Source: Candidatus Doudnabacteria bacterium (GTDB lineage: Bacteria; Patescibacteriota; Doudnabacteria; UBA920). Taken from it: a stretch of DNA of 64,000 nucleotides. Positions 50,901 to 60,050 of the stretch are shown here, piece after piece (within the stretch, counting starts at the first letter, position 1; each line of letters opens with the position of its first letter). The position numbers and the translations under genes are program-made. The notes below the pieces were generated by a model. That model made no database searches, was not told where the DNA came from, and saw only the letters and a program-made list of their open reading frames with translations. The stretch is taken from contig CAWINB010000001.1 of assembly GCA_963837465.1 (NCBI GenBank), positions 369,929 through 433,928 on the forward strand, read 5' to 3'.

Positions 50901-53900
50901 CAGGCGCGTTGGGAGTGGCGCCGGTAACGTTAATCACCCAGTTATTTCCAACTCCTATGGTATTGCTGGAGGTGCCAAAGGTACTCATGGTCGCCGTAGA
51001 GCCGGTTACGGGAGTGCCGGTGGGGACTACCCCTTCGCTACCTGTAAGCGAAGGAGCGGCCGGAGAGGTGGCTGACTGCCCTAACTGCGGCGTTACGCTA
51101 AAATTCAGGGTGCCCGCGCTTACTGCCGAACTGCCGCTGGCAGCGCCAATTGTAAATTGCTCGCTCCAATTGCCTACTTGCTGATCGCCGACAGTTCCAG
51201 CCAATACCAACTTGCCGCCTTCAATAGTACCCATCTGGGTAGTAGTCTGGACACCATTTTGGATACTGGTGGCGAACACGGGAGTACCATCTTTAGTGCC
51301 GGCAGGAGCCGTAATAGTAATAGTCCAGTTATTGCCTACGGACAGGTTTGAATTATTGCCTGAGTCGGTGGAAAAACTAACATTGCTGCCCGAAGTACCG
51401 TTAACTACTGTAGGGGTAGCTTGGGCGCCGCTTGACGCAAGAGAATTATTAGCGGCTCCAAGTTGATTATAGGCCTGAACAAACAACTGAAAAACCGCCT
51501 GAGAGACCGGGGTCACGGTACCGGCATTATATGCCTGTAATTGAGAACTAAGACTGGCTAGATTTGAAGCCGTAATCGGCGGAATACCCGCTACCGAGTT
51601 ACCATTGGCATCAACAACAGTTACCGTCACGCTGCCGTTGCTGTTTTGGGTAATTTGGGTAGTAACACCTGCCGGGAGTGTTGCTGGGAGAGAAGGCGCG
51701 GTACCTATGGTACCGGACGACCCGCTCCCGGTGGCGCTGCCCACCGTACCCACGGTTAATTTCTGACTTTGTCCAATGCTGGCAATGGCCGATAAGGTGG
51801 CCTGGGAAATATTGGGATTAAGAGTGCCGTTAACGTAGCCTGAATAAGTGCCATTGGCGTTCTGGACGACCGTAACATCACCATTGATGGCGTTACCATT
51901 GGCATCTGTTCCTACATAAGCCAAAACTCCGGCAGTATTATTGACAGTGGAAGGAAATACTGTATATGGAGTGTTGTCGGTCACGCTACCGGCAGTAAGC
52001 GCGCTTTGGATTGCGGCAACTTGCGCGGCTGAAAATTGATTGGTAATATCAGCACCCGAAGAGTCTAAAATTCTTCCGGTGGAAGTTACGGTAAGAATTT
52101 GAGGTGTATTATTTACATTTATAGTTGCGGACAAACCTCCGCCAGAAACTTGAGTGACAGATGAACTAAGCGTAACAGTAGGATACGCAGTAGTGATGGA
52201 ACCAATACCACTAGCTCCAACAGTAACAGGCTGGCCGCTGGCAGTCGAGTAAGGGGAACCGCCGACCGGTACGTTGTAGTAAGGTGTACCATCGGAAAGA
52301 GTTCCGGCAGGAGTTAGATTTGCGTAAAGAAGCGGCTCGTCCCAGGAATTACTAGAAGCGTTGTAAGTCCATGTATTCCCGGAAGAATCCGTATAGGTTG
52401 CGCCATTGGCCGGGTTGGTTGGAAAAGTTGTTGAAGTTGCCGCAGTAACATTAACAGTCCGGCTTGTCGAAACTGTAGAGTCGTTCGGATCTGTATAGGT
52501 AATGATATAAGTGCCCGCGGGGGAACCGGCAGGGACAACGCCGCTGACCAAGGGAGTGCTACCATCGGAAATAGTGGCGTCGGGATCAGTAAAATACTGG
52601 CCGACAGTCAAGTTCATCACAGAATCACCATTTAATGTTATGGTGGGGGCGGCAGGGGCGGTAACAGTTACAGTCCTTGTTACTGGAGAAGCATTCGTAA
52701 AACTATAGGTAACGGTGTAAGTGCCTGGCTGACTAGTATTAACATTCCCGCTTCCTGTGATATCACTACTAATTTCATTGTCATTTTCATCATAGACGTT
52801 TGCGCCGGCATCCGCCCAAGTACCGCCTTGTTGAACCGTATCGTTGCCAGTATTTAATTTGATTGTGTAGGAAGCATCTTGGGTGGGGTCAGTAACATTA
52901 ACAGTCCGGCTTGTCGAAACTGTAGAGTCGTTCGGATCTGTATAGGTAATGATATAAGTGCCCGCGGGGGAACCGGCAGGGACAACGCCGCTGACCAAGG
53001 GAGTGCTACCATCGGAAATAGTGGCGTCGGGATCAGTAAAATACTGGCCGACAGTCAAGTTCATCACAGAATCACCATTTAATGTTATGGTGGGGGCGGC
53101 AGGGGCGGTAACAGTTACAGTCCTTGTTACTGGAGAAGCATTCGTAAAACTATAGGTAACGGTGTAAGTGCCTGGCTGACTAGTATTAACATTCCCGCTT
53201 CCTGTGATATCACTACTAATTTCATTGTCATTTTCATCATAGACGTTTGCGCCGGCATCCGCCCAAGTACCGCCTTGTTGAACCGTATCGTTGCCAGTAT
53301 TTAATTTGATTGTGTAGGAAGCATCTTGGGTGGGGTCAGTAACATTAACAGTCCGGCTTGTCGAAACTGTAGAGTCGTTCGGATCTGTATAGGTAATGAT
53401 ATAAGTGCCCGCGGGGGAACCGGCAGGGACAACGCCGCTGACCAAGGGAGTGCTACCATCGGAAATAGTGGCGTCGGGATCAGTAAAATACTGGCCGACA
53501 GTCAAGTTCATCACAGAATCACCATTTAATGTTATGGTGGGGGCGGCAGGGGCGGTAACAGTTACAGTCCTTGTTACTGGAGAAGCATTCGTAAAACTAT
53601 AGGTAACGGTGTAAGTGCCTGGCTGACTAGTATTAACATTCCCGCTTCCTGTGATATCACTACTAATTTCATTGTCATTTTCATCATAGACGTTTGCGCC
53701 GGCATCCGCCCAAGTACCGCCTTGTTGAACCGTATCGTTGCCAGTATTTAATTTGATTGTGTAGGAAGCATCTTGGGTGGGGTCAGTAACATTAACAGTC
53801 CGGCTTGTCGAAACTGTAGAGTCGTTCGGATCTGTATAGGTAATGATATAAGTGCCCGCGGGGGAACCGGCAGGGACAACGCCGCTGACCAAGGGAGTGC

Positions 53901-54717
53901 TACCATCGGAAATAGTGGCGTCGGGATCAGTAAAATACTGGCCGACAGTCAAGTTCATCACAGAATCACCATTTAATGTTATGGTGGGGGCGGTCGTGGT
54001 TTGAAGCGGGTCGTTCCAGGTATCAGTAGAAGCGTTGTAAGTCCATACAGTCCCGGAAGGATCAGTATAGGTATCACCATTGCTTGGATTGCTTGGAAAA
54101 TTTGCCAGATTGCTTTTACTAGTTCCTGTGCTAGGGTCAGTAGTCGTTACATCCAAAATCTGACTGTTGGGATCTGATGAAGCATAATAATTACCATCGG
54201 AGCCCAGGTAAACAGTGACTGCCGAGCCGTCACTGACATACCAAGCATTTGTAGGAGTGGTGCTAACGGTGACAGTATTAGGGTCAGTAGTTACACCGCC
54301 GCCATCCCCGCCGCCATCCCCGCCGCCGGAAGCGCCTTGGTCAGAAGCACCCGCGTCGCCGCTAGCGGCAAGCATCTCTTCTGCTTTAGCCTGCTTCGGG
54401 CCTATGGTATTTTGGTAAATGCCGCCGAAAATTTTATTTAACGTATCTTTTATTTTGGATGTGCGGGCTGTTTGCTCCTGGCTCTGCGTGCTGACAAACT
54501 GGGTATCCTGGGTTTTTGGCACTACTGCTCCAGCTCCCCCAAGCAGCGTAGCTCCCACGCCCAAGCCCGCGACCACTTTTTCCTGGGTTGTAATTTTTTT
54601 CTTATTTCGTTTTACGCGTTTTATTTTAACCTTATTCATGGGGTTTTTATAATGATTGGCTGGTGAATGTTTAGGCTCGTGCTTGCGAGTCTTCCCAGGA
54701 GGTTTTGTTTTAGGCAT
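47947..54717 (-). CDS. large surface protein: N-terminal anchor, DUF5011/Ig-like tandem repeats, putative Ig (He_PIG-like) domains, C-terminal LysM
   Basis: PTITLNG...DPDAT...GTYxITY repeats; LPPGL.L...G.ISGTPTTAG.Y.F motifs; YTVKKGDTLSGIA...L.VG..L.IP. Confidence 0.88.
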   Translation of the reverse strand: MPKTKPPGKTRKHEPKHSPANHYKNPMNKVKIKRVKRNKKKITTQEKVVAGLGVGATLLGGAGAVVPKTQDTQFVSTQSQEQTARTSKIKDTLNKIFGGIYQNTIGPKQAKAEEMLAASGDAGASDQGASGGGDGGGDGGGVTTDPNTVTVSTTPTNAWYVSDGSAVTVYLGSDGNYYASSDPNSQILDVTTTDPSTGTSKSNLANFPSNPSNGDTYTDPSGTVWTYNASTDTWNDPLQTTTAPTITLNGDSVMNLTVGQYFTDPDATISDGSTPLVSGVVPAGSPAGTYIITYTDPNDSTVSTSRTVNVTDPTQDASYTIKLNTGNDTVQQGGTWADAGANVYDENDNEISSDITGSGNVNTSQPGTYTVTYSFTNASPVTRTVTVTAPAAPTITLNGDSVMNLTVGQYFTDPDATISDGSTPLVSGVVPAGSPAGTYIITYTDPNDSTVSTSRTVNVTDPTQDASYTIKLNTGNDTVQQGGTWADAGANVYDENDNEISSDITGSGNVNTSQPGTYTVTYSFTNASPVTRTVTVTAPAAPTITLNGDSVMNLTVGQYFTDPDATISDGSTPLVSGVVPAGSPAGTYIITYTDPNDSTVSTSRTVNVTDPTQDASYTIKLNTGNDTVQQGGTWADAGANVYDENDNEISSDITGSGNVNTSQPGTYTVTYSFTNASPVTRTVTVTAPAAPTITLNGDSVMNLTVGQYFTDPDATISDGSTPLVSGVVPAGSPAGTYIITYTDPNDSTVSTSRTVNVTAATSTTFPTNPANGATYTDSSGNTWTYNASSNSWDEPLLYANLTPAGTLSDGTPYYNVPVGGSPYSTASGQPVTVGASGIGSITTAYPTVTLSSSVTQVSGGGLSATINVNNTPQILTVTSTGRILDSSGADITNQFSAAQVAAIQSALTAGSVTDNTPYTVFPSTVNNTAGVLAYVGTDANGNAINGDVTVVQNANGTYSGYVNGTLNPNISQATLSAIASIGQSQKLTVGTVGSATGSGSSGTIGTAPSLPATLPAGVTTQITQNSNGSVTVTVVDANGNSVAGIPPITASNLASLSSQLQAYNAGTVTPVSQAVFQLFVQAYNQLGAANNSLASSGAQATPTVVNGTSGSNVSFSTDSGNNSNLSVGNNWTITITAPAGTKDGTPVFATSIQNGVQTTTQMGTIEGGKLVLAGTVGDQQVGNWSEQFTIGAASGSSAVSAGTLNFSVTPQLGQSATSPAAPSLTGSEGVVPTGTPVTGSTATMSTFGTSSNTIGVGNNWVINVTGATPNAPVYGINQNGTIYLGITDANGNLQTMGPILTNNDVGTWSVSIMVGSSLAANATPPSNPSISSLKQVGNTLNFTVSPATVPFTPTFITNAAVVYLPTGQSQALNPANYATQATAEWLAQQFGGTAVLVPITTYTAASPFQANAAGASQWMIQFPDGTQMNAGNLAQWFVTSPANVATGFVQSEIAAAQYYHDNPNAQPGSFVSTTNYIGKPSSTATTNPVALNGSTAATTGSGTGGTTGATVVNGPTVGSAATSLTFANLTSPANAATLAVGDNWQLTITGAAGLNVYGSASQNAGALSTTNYGTIPASGSLVISGQMVTADIGAWAETWSVGASQSSATAIGNLNFTVQASRAAATSSTLSFITGQATPTATVGVAYVGQFSAVGGSGTGYKFSGSGNFPPGLTINANGTITGTPVTAGTYSFTVVVTDSAGNTVSLPWSMLVASTVAGSSGGSTGGSAVVGSTAAPTISLATINQQAGTIVITGSGFAANATSDIVHMTNSAGQVMGVSILSANNSQITVLYGALSAGQYTIQVANGANPTLFSNALSVTVPAASSAAQTSGTTGTAASPVITTTSIPAATVGTAYSQQLNILSGTGTGAITFALATGSTLPVGLTLSPSGLISGTPTTAGSSSFSVVATDSLGNFTSVQFSLTVNPAAASGGASAVAPPVLTTTSLPNGTAGQAYPTTNLQASSSSNTALTFSYTGNLPPGLTLSQNGSLSGTPTTAGSYTFYAGVTDGNGLVSSSVPLTITINAAASSGNSGTSNTGSTGSTSTGSGTGTSYGYSYGTSYYPYFLTTSLPQANLGQGYNSNILVGGASSTSFSLISGSLPPGLYFNTSTGQISGTPTTAGTYNFIVQVTNQLNISSSCQFSIQVNATGGVSVLGAAVTQPFTGLQMPANFQGLQMEYPQQPSPQVQGASITSSASTTYTVKKGDTLSGIAKKLTGSVSNWRAILAANPRCLSIPGNTKTLKVGYELVIPQNLS
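52443..53993 (-). repeat. near-perfect 447-bp tandem repeat, about 3.5 copies (149-aa unit)
   Basis: units start at 52443, 52890, 53337 and 53784; identical shadow ORFs at 447-bp spacing. Confidence 0.95.
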
Positions 54718-54787
54718 AGTTGTAATTTAGTATTTAAATTATACCATAAATCTTAATTTTGTATATAAACAGGATTAAAATTTACTT

Positions 54788-55832
54788 TTACCGCCACTCG
54801 CCGGAAATACTGTAGCGCAACGGGTGTTCCCATTGCCTCCATTGGGAGTAAAAATTCGCGGGCAGAAAGCCGGCGTCCGTTATTTCCTTAAAAACCGACA
54901 GGGTCAGCTTTTCCAAAAGCTCGTCGCACATATCCGTGCTTATAGCGGCGGCGCATTGCTCAACTAATTCCCTGTATGGCTTTAGCCCCGCTCTCTGCTT
55001 CGCCATAAGATACAAATTATGAGAGTCAAAAAAATAATTATGCCTCAAGCACAGCAATATCAAATTCAGCTTAACCAATTTGGCCCGCATAGGTATTATG
55101 CTCAAAGTATCTTTATAAGCCAAACGGCGGGCCAGGCGGGCCAGGATTTTCATCAGCTCCCAGCCGGTGAAAATAATTTTTTCTTTTAAAACTTCCGCCG
55201 GATAGCTGTTTAGGCGCTGTACCCTGCCGGGAAAAATATTTTTGGGGTCATACAAAGCGGCCGCTTCCGATAACGCGTGCAGTAAAAAATCGTTGTTCCA
55301 GGCCGCTTCCGAAAAAAGCGTTTCTTCCGGGTAGGAAAATGAAAAATCAATGGAATAGGCGTGCCAAAATTCGGCGGAGGCTTTCTGACATCCTGTTCGC
55401 GGGACCGCGAAAGCTGCGCCGGTAAAAATAAAAGCAGGTCGGCATCGCTGCCGATTATCATCTGTCCGCGCGCGGCCGAACCGTAAAGTATTAAAAGGCC
55501 TTGTCCGCGGGCAAAAGGCAATTTATCCAGCATTATCGGCACAAAAGATGCCTGAAGCGCTGCCGCAATTTCTTTTGAGGGTTTGCCGATAAAATCCGGG
55601 GCCTGAAAATTTAACATAGGATGTGGTTTAAAAAATAATTTCCGGCTGGCCGGTTTGGGAACAAATATTTTGTCGGATTTGCCGTCCATAAAATCTGCCG
55701 CGGTCCGGGCGATTTTTTTACCCGCTCGCCCAAGCTCCCCAGGCCGGCCATCGCTGTCCGCCATTGCCAATTCCGGCTAAACCGGCGGGGGCGAAACAAC
55801 GGCGGGTCAATTCCAAAGACGGTTATTTTCAT
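54788..55832 (-). CDS. nucleotidyltransferase-domain protein (pol-beta/MNT-like), ~348 aa, two single-base deletions
   Basis: LILYGSAARG...SDADLL motif; three ORFs join by adding one base in T7 (55713-55719) and one at 55382-55384. Confidence 0.7.
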
Positions 55833-55845
55833 ATATCGCGTCGCG

Positions 55846-57138
55846 CTACATCCCCGCCATCTGCCAAACTTTTGCCGCCACGTCGCGCGGTCGGCCCAGG
55901 AGCGGATCGTGGTGGAGGTTAATAAAAGGCAGGGAGTTGACTTCTATAAAGCCGCAAATCTGATTTTTGTAAGATTGGGCGATATCGGGAATAATAAAAT
56001 CAAATCCCACCAACGGATCGCCCAGGGCCCGGGCAGCCTGTTCAAACAGCTTAAGATTATCCGGATGGCAAACATCAAACTCCTCGGCGGACGAGCCGCC
56101 GTAATTAACGCCGATTTTTTCGGACAGGTTAACTGTTTCGCCCGCTTTTGGGACAGATTGCAAACCAAGGCCCTGCCTGGATAAAAATAATTCCGCGGCC
56201 TCATCGGTCGCGATATTTTTTACGCCCGGATGAAGCGCCTGGTTTTTAATATCCGCCAGTTGGCTTATTGTATTATTCCCGTCCCCCGTTATTGTCGGCG
56301 GATCGCCGCGCAATACTCCCACGGTTTCAAAATTAACCGCGGCGCCGCGGTAAACAGGACCGAAAATTTGCCGCTCTATTATTACCCAGTGGCACAGCTG
56401 CTTGGCAATTTTAAAAGCTTGCGCCAAATCTTTTTCCGTACGGACAAATGTCGTGGTATGGCGGCCGCGGCTGCCTGCCCGCGGTTTAACAATTACGGCT
56501 GACTGCTGACTGCTGACTGCTGACTGCTGGATTTCCCTAAAAATTTTCCTGGCCTGGCTGAAATTCGTTGCCGATCCCCCTTTGGGAACCGGCAAACCGC
56601 GCTCCATCATAATCTGTTTAAACAACCACTTGTCGTCCATCAAATCCAGCAAGGGATTGCTGTAGCCCTCCGGCCGCGGCAGTCCGCTAAAGAGAATCGT
56701 GGAGTCGGCAGCTGACAGCCGACGGCTGACGGCTGCGTACGTATCAAAGGGCTTTCCGAATATCAGCAGCTCGGACATTTTAATCCCCCGCTTATCCGCC
56801 TCCTCCCACAAAACCTGTGCCCGGCGGACGGCGCATTTGGTCCGGTCATTTTGCCGGCTGATAATCTTTAACCGCTCCGCGGCAGCCAACGCGGCCAGGG
56901 AAACTTTTTGGTCCCAGGCTTTTTTTTTAATATAGCCGGTAAAGCGATTGTACAATACTTTTTGCCGCAAAGGCGTAAGAAGGATATTCAGGCTTTCGTT
57001 GTACCAGTAAAGCCGGTGCGGCACCGGATTGTTGCCGCAAAACCGGCAGGCGGTTTTTAACCCAGTATTTTTTTTCTTTTGATCCATAAAAAGGCCGAAG
57101 CCGCCGCGATAAGCGACCCATAAATTATTAAAGTCCAC
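55846..57138 (-). CDS. cyanophycin-synthetase-like (CphA/GshAB ATP-grasp-only) ligase
   Basis: DDKW..K...GLPVP.G, VIVKP..GSRG, ITGDG..TI..L, GFDFI..DI, IEVNSLP...HH.P..G.PRDVA; start may lie at the later ATG (MDQKK). Confidence 0.8.
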   Translation of the reverse strand: MDFNNLWVAYRGGFGLFMDQKKKNTGLKTACRFCGNNPVPHRLYWYNESLNILLTPLRQKVLYNRFTGYIKKKAWDQKVSLAALAAAERLKIISRQNDRTKCAVRRAQVLWEEADKRGIKMSELLIFGKPFDTYAAVSRRLSAADSTILFSGLPRPEGYSNPLLDLMDDKWLFKQIMMERGLPVPKGGSATNFSQARKIFREIQQSAVSSQQSAVIVKPRAGSRGRHTTTFVRTEKDLAQAFKIAKQLCHWVIIERQIFGPVYRGAAVNFETVGVLRGDPPTITGDGNNTISQLADIKNQALHPGVKNIATDEAAELFLSRQGLGLQSVPKAGETVNLSEKIGVNYGGSSAEEFDVCHPDNLKLFEQAARALGDPLVGFDFIIPDIAQSYKNQICGFIEVNSLPFINLHHDPLLGRPRDVAAKVWQMAGM

Positions 57139-57440
57139 GCGTTATCGTCATCCGAAGCAGCCCCGGCCTCCCCGGCCGCGGGCGGGGCGGCAGTAGCCGG
57201 GCTTCCGGAAGAACCGGCAGGTTGCCCGGCATTGCCGGATGACTCGTTGTAACCGCTTTCCCGCAGCTCTACATTATTGTTAAAGTTAGCCCGGACAAAA
57301 GGCGGCGGCGGCTGCAGCGGCTGCGGATGAGGCACCGTGCCGGGAATCGGGCGCGCCGCGTAGGCAGGGGTGAAGATGACAAAGGATAATAAAATTATGG
57401 CGGCAAGGTATTTCATAAAACGTAAATAAGATAACTTCAA
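57057..57440 (-). CDS. small exported Pro/Ala-rich protein with C-terminal TM and basic tail
   Basis: signal peptide ending AYA, low-complexity linker, TM, KRKK. Confidence 0.6.
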   Translation of the reverse strand: MKLSYLRFMKYLAAIILLSFVIFTPAYAARPIPGTVPHPQPLQPPPPFVRANFNNNVELRESGYNESSGNAGQPAGSSGSPATAAPPAAGEAGAASDDDNAWTLIIYGSLIAAASAFLWIKRKKILG

Positions 57441-57478
57441 ATTACCGCGGCATCATTTGTAATTTGGTATTTGTCATT

Positions 57479-58891
57479 TTAATTACTGCTCCAGCTAATC
57501 TGCTGATAACCCGAAGACGACAAAGGAAAGCTCGGCGGCGGGGAATACAATAAATAAGAGTCGTAGTTCTCGTACGTATTGGTGTATCCCGATACCACCG
57601 GTCCGTTGGTGCTGTTTACCCAGTTCCAGGTCCAGGTAGTGTTGCTGGCCAGGGTGCCGTAAACTGTAATTGAATTTTTAAGGCTGCCGGGGTAGTACCA
57701 GAGCTGATCAGCGCCGTTTTGGGCAATAAGCGCGGCGTCAATTTCCAGATTATTGGGCGACTCGTAAGTTACCAGAATATTCTGCTGGCCGATAAGCCCC
57801 AAGGAATTGGTGCCATCTTTGACCGCGTAGACAATATTGTTGGGGATCATAATGTTCGGAGCGGTTAACGAGTTATAAGGCAGCATGGCGGCCGCCACCA
57901 TAACCCGCCCTTTAACCGTCCCCTCCACCCAAACATTGTCTTCAATATAAATAATACCGTTGGCGGGAATTGGTATATTGTAAAGCAGGGTCCGGTTCTG
58001 ATAATCCAGGCTGTTGGTATGCGCGTTGCCGCTGGTATCATAACCTTCCGGCTCCCCTGCCACCAGCGAAGTCACCTTGTAAACATTTACCGTGCCGTTA
58101 TTTTGGAAAACCAGGGAATAGCCCTGGGCGTTGGAAGGCGGTAAAAACAAGCCTCCGCTTTGGGCGCTGCTCTGCAGCGCGGCTAAATTGGCGGTAATGG
58201 AAGAAAAGTCGGTATTGGGTACCGGAAACTGCCAAAAATTCCGGGTTGAGGTTGCCGCGCTCCCCCAAATGCCGTTTTGGGTGGAAGGGCAGGGCGGACT
58301 GCCGTAAATAGCCGCTTCGCAAGTGTAGGTGCTTTTAGCGGACATAATAGGCGCGTTAGCCGTGCCGTCAAAACGGACACCCCCGTTTGTAAAATATTCA
58401 CCGCTGACACTCTCGGTGCTGCCGATCCAGTCGTCGCTGTTGGCCAAAAACGCGTACTGGGCCAAGGAAGGAATGCCGTAGAGTACTGTAACCGTACGCG
58501 CGGCTTGCGGATCCGCCAGGGTGTAACCGGTGGACCGCACGGCGGTTATGGTTGAGCCAATGCTTGGCGGAGTAATAGTCAGGCTGAACCGGCCAATGGT
58601 TTGGCCGGTGCTCTGGTCCACGTAATTATGGACATACGGTCCGGGGGTGGTACTGGCGTTACCGTCCCAAAAATCAGAGGGAAAATTGGCCAGGTGCCAT
58701 TCATAATAATTAGTCCCGGCTTCGGCAATCTGAAAAGCCTGGTCGCTGGCAATGGTACTCCTGGTCACTCGCAATTCCAGGCTGGCCGAACTGAGCAATC
58801 CCACCATAACCAGGCTGAAAATAAAAATCATGATCACCATGTAGATGAGGATGGAGCCGGATTGGGGTTTTTCATTTAAGCATTTAAGCAT
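57479..58891 (-). CDS. large PilX-like minor pilin
   Basis: QSG|SILIYMV helix, QAFQIAEAG motif, C-terminal YD..L...PPP.F.....W. Confidence 0.85.
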   Translation of the reverse strand: MLKCLNEKPQSGSILIYMVIMIFIFSLVMVGLLSSASLELRVTRSTIASDQAFQIAEAGTNYYEWHLANFPSDFWDGNASTTPGPYVHNYVDQSTGQTIGRFSLTITPPSIGSTITAVRSTGYTLADPQAARTVTVLYGIPSLAQYAFLANSDDWIGSTESVSGEYFTNGGVRFDGTANAPIMSAKSTYTCEAAIYGSPPCPSTQNGIWGSAATSTRNFWQFPVPNTDFSSITANLAALQSSAQSGGLFLPPSNAQGYSLVFQNNGTVNVYKVTSLVAGEPEGYDTSGNAHTNSLDYQNRTLLYNIPIPANGIIYIEDNVWVEGTVKGRVMVAAAMLPYNSLTAPNIMIPNNIVYAVKDGTNSLGLIGQQNILVTYESPNNLEIDAALIAQNGADQLWYYPGSLKNSITVYGTLASNTTWTWNWVNSTNGPVVSGYTNTYENYDSYLLYSPPPSFPLSSSGYQQISWSSN

Positions 58892-58955
58892 AATAGCATT
58901 TAAGCATTATGGCACCGGAACATTTAGCGTAGAAGCATCAAAGTATGAAAACATT

Positions 58956-59333
58956 CTAAGAGGTTGCCTCTTTAGATTTTTTAATGGCCTCAACTGCTTT
59001 CCAAAGCATTGCGCCTATTTCTTCCGACATTTGAAATCCCTCATTATATTCTTCCTCAGTTATCCAGTTCTCTTTAAAAGCAAAATAAAGAAGATACTTT
59101 GATTCCTTTAATGAACCGTAAGAAATTTCCCAAAAATTTATTTTTACCGCCAATCTTTGTCTGGCGTAACCTTCTATGAAATTCAAAATGACGGACAAAG
59201 TCGCTCTCCTAAATTGCGAATTTGCTCCATATAACTCTTCCTTAGGAAATTTTCTTGTAATTTTATACACGAGATGCGTATAAGTATCCATTTTATTTTT
59301 TAATGAATCTAAAAATGAGTCATTCTTTGCCAT
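58956..59333 (-). CDS. four-helix-bundle protein (23S rRNA IVP / bAvd-like family)
   Basis: VYKITRKFPKEELYG..SQFRRATLSV..N..EG, ISYGSLKE. Confidence 0.92.
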   Translation of the reverse strand: MAKNDSFLDSLKNKMDTYTHLVYKITRKFPKEELYGANSQFRRATLSVILNFIEGYARQRLAVKINFWEISYGSLKESKYLLYFAFKENWITEEEYNEGFQMSEEIGAMLWKAVEAIKKSKEATS

Positions 59334-59405
59334 GCCATTTGTTTAAATGATTGTATACCGGTGCTCCCATGCTTAGATGCTTCTATGCTTAAATGCCCTA
59401 TGAAT

Positions 59406-60041
59406 CTAACTACCCAAATTTGTCTTTAAATTCCTGATTGCCGCGCTGGAGGTTACCGTGTAAGTGTTGGTGTCCTTTACCCCGGCTTTATTGTAAATCT
59501 GGAGCAGGACTTTAACAAACTTAACCTGGGTAACGTTGACCGGCTGGACGAGTGAGGCCTGGGTAGTGGAGCCGGTATAAGCGCCATCATAATAATAAAA
59601 TACCGGACTTAAACCGTTGGCCAGGTCTTTTTGCACCACGTAAGTTGTTTCCGTGGAAGTGTTGTAAGTGCTGCCGTTATAGCTGGTCAGGCCTTCCCAC
59701 AGCTGATTATTCTGAGTAAAGTACCTGATTCTTTCCACAGCCGGATTGTTATTGATGGTGGAGTAAAAAATAATCTGCTGGGCGGCCGCGGTGTCCAAAA
59801 CATAAGCGCCGTTGCTGCCGGTTTGGGCGTTGCGGAGCTGGCTGGTTATGTTAAAAGCCAGCGCTCTGGCCTGGTCGCTGTCGCTTAAAAGGCCGGCCTG
59901 CCGGTTGCCGTAAAAAAAGACACGGGCGACCAAGCCTATCATGCCCCAGGCAATAAGGCTGAAACCTAAAATCACCACCATGATTTCCACCAAAGTAAAT
60001 CCCGACTGTTTTTGATTCTTAATTCTGTATTCTATATTCAT
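59406..60041 (-). CDS. type IV minor pilin (PilW/GspJ-like)
   Basis: QSG|FTLVEIMVV prepilin motif. Confidence 0.88.
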   Translation of the reverse strand: MNIEYRIKNQKQSGFTLVEIMVVILGFSLIAWGMIGLVARVFFYGNRQAGLLSDSDQARALAFNITSQLRNAQTGSNGAYVLDTAAAQQIIFYSTINNNPAVERIRYFTQNNQLWEGLTSYNGSTYNTSTETTYVVQKDLANGLSPVFYYYDGAYTGSTTQASLVQPVNVTQVKFVKVLLQIYNKAGVKDTNTYTVTSSAAIRNLKTNLGS

Positions 60042-60050
60042 AATTCTTAT

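Noticed and set aside
58956-59333. Diversity-generating retroelement (Avd-like gene)
   Set aside because: No reverse transcriptase and no TR/VR pair with adenine-specific mismatches seen in the window.
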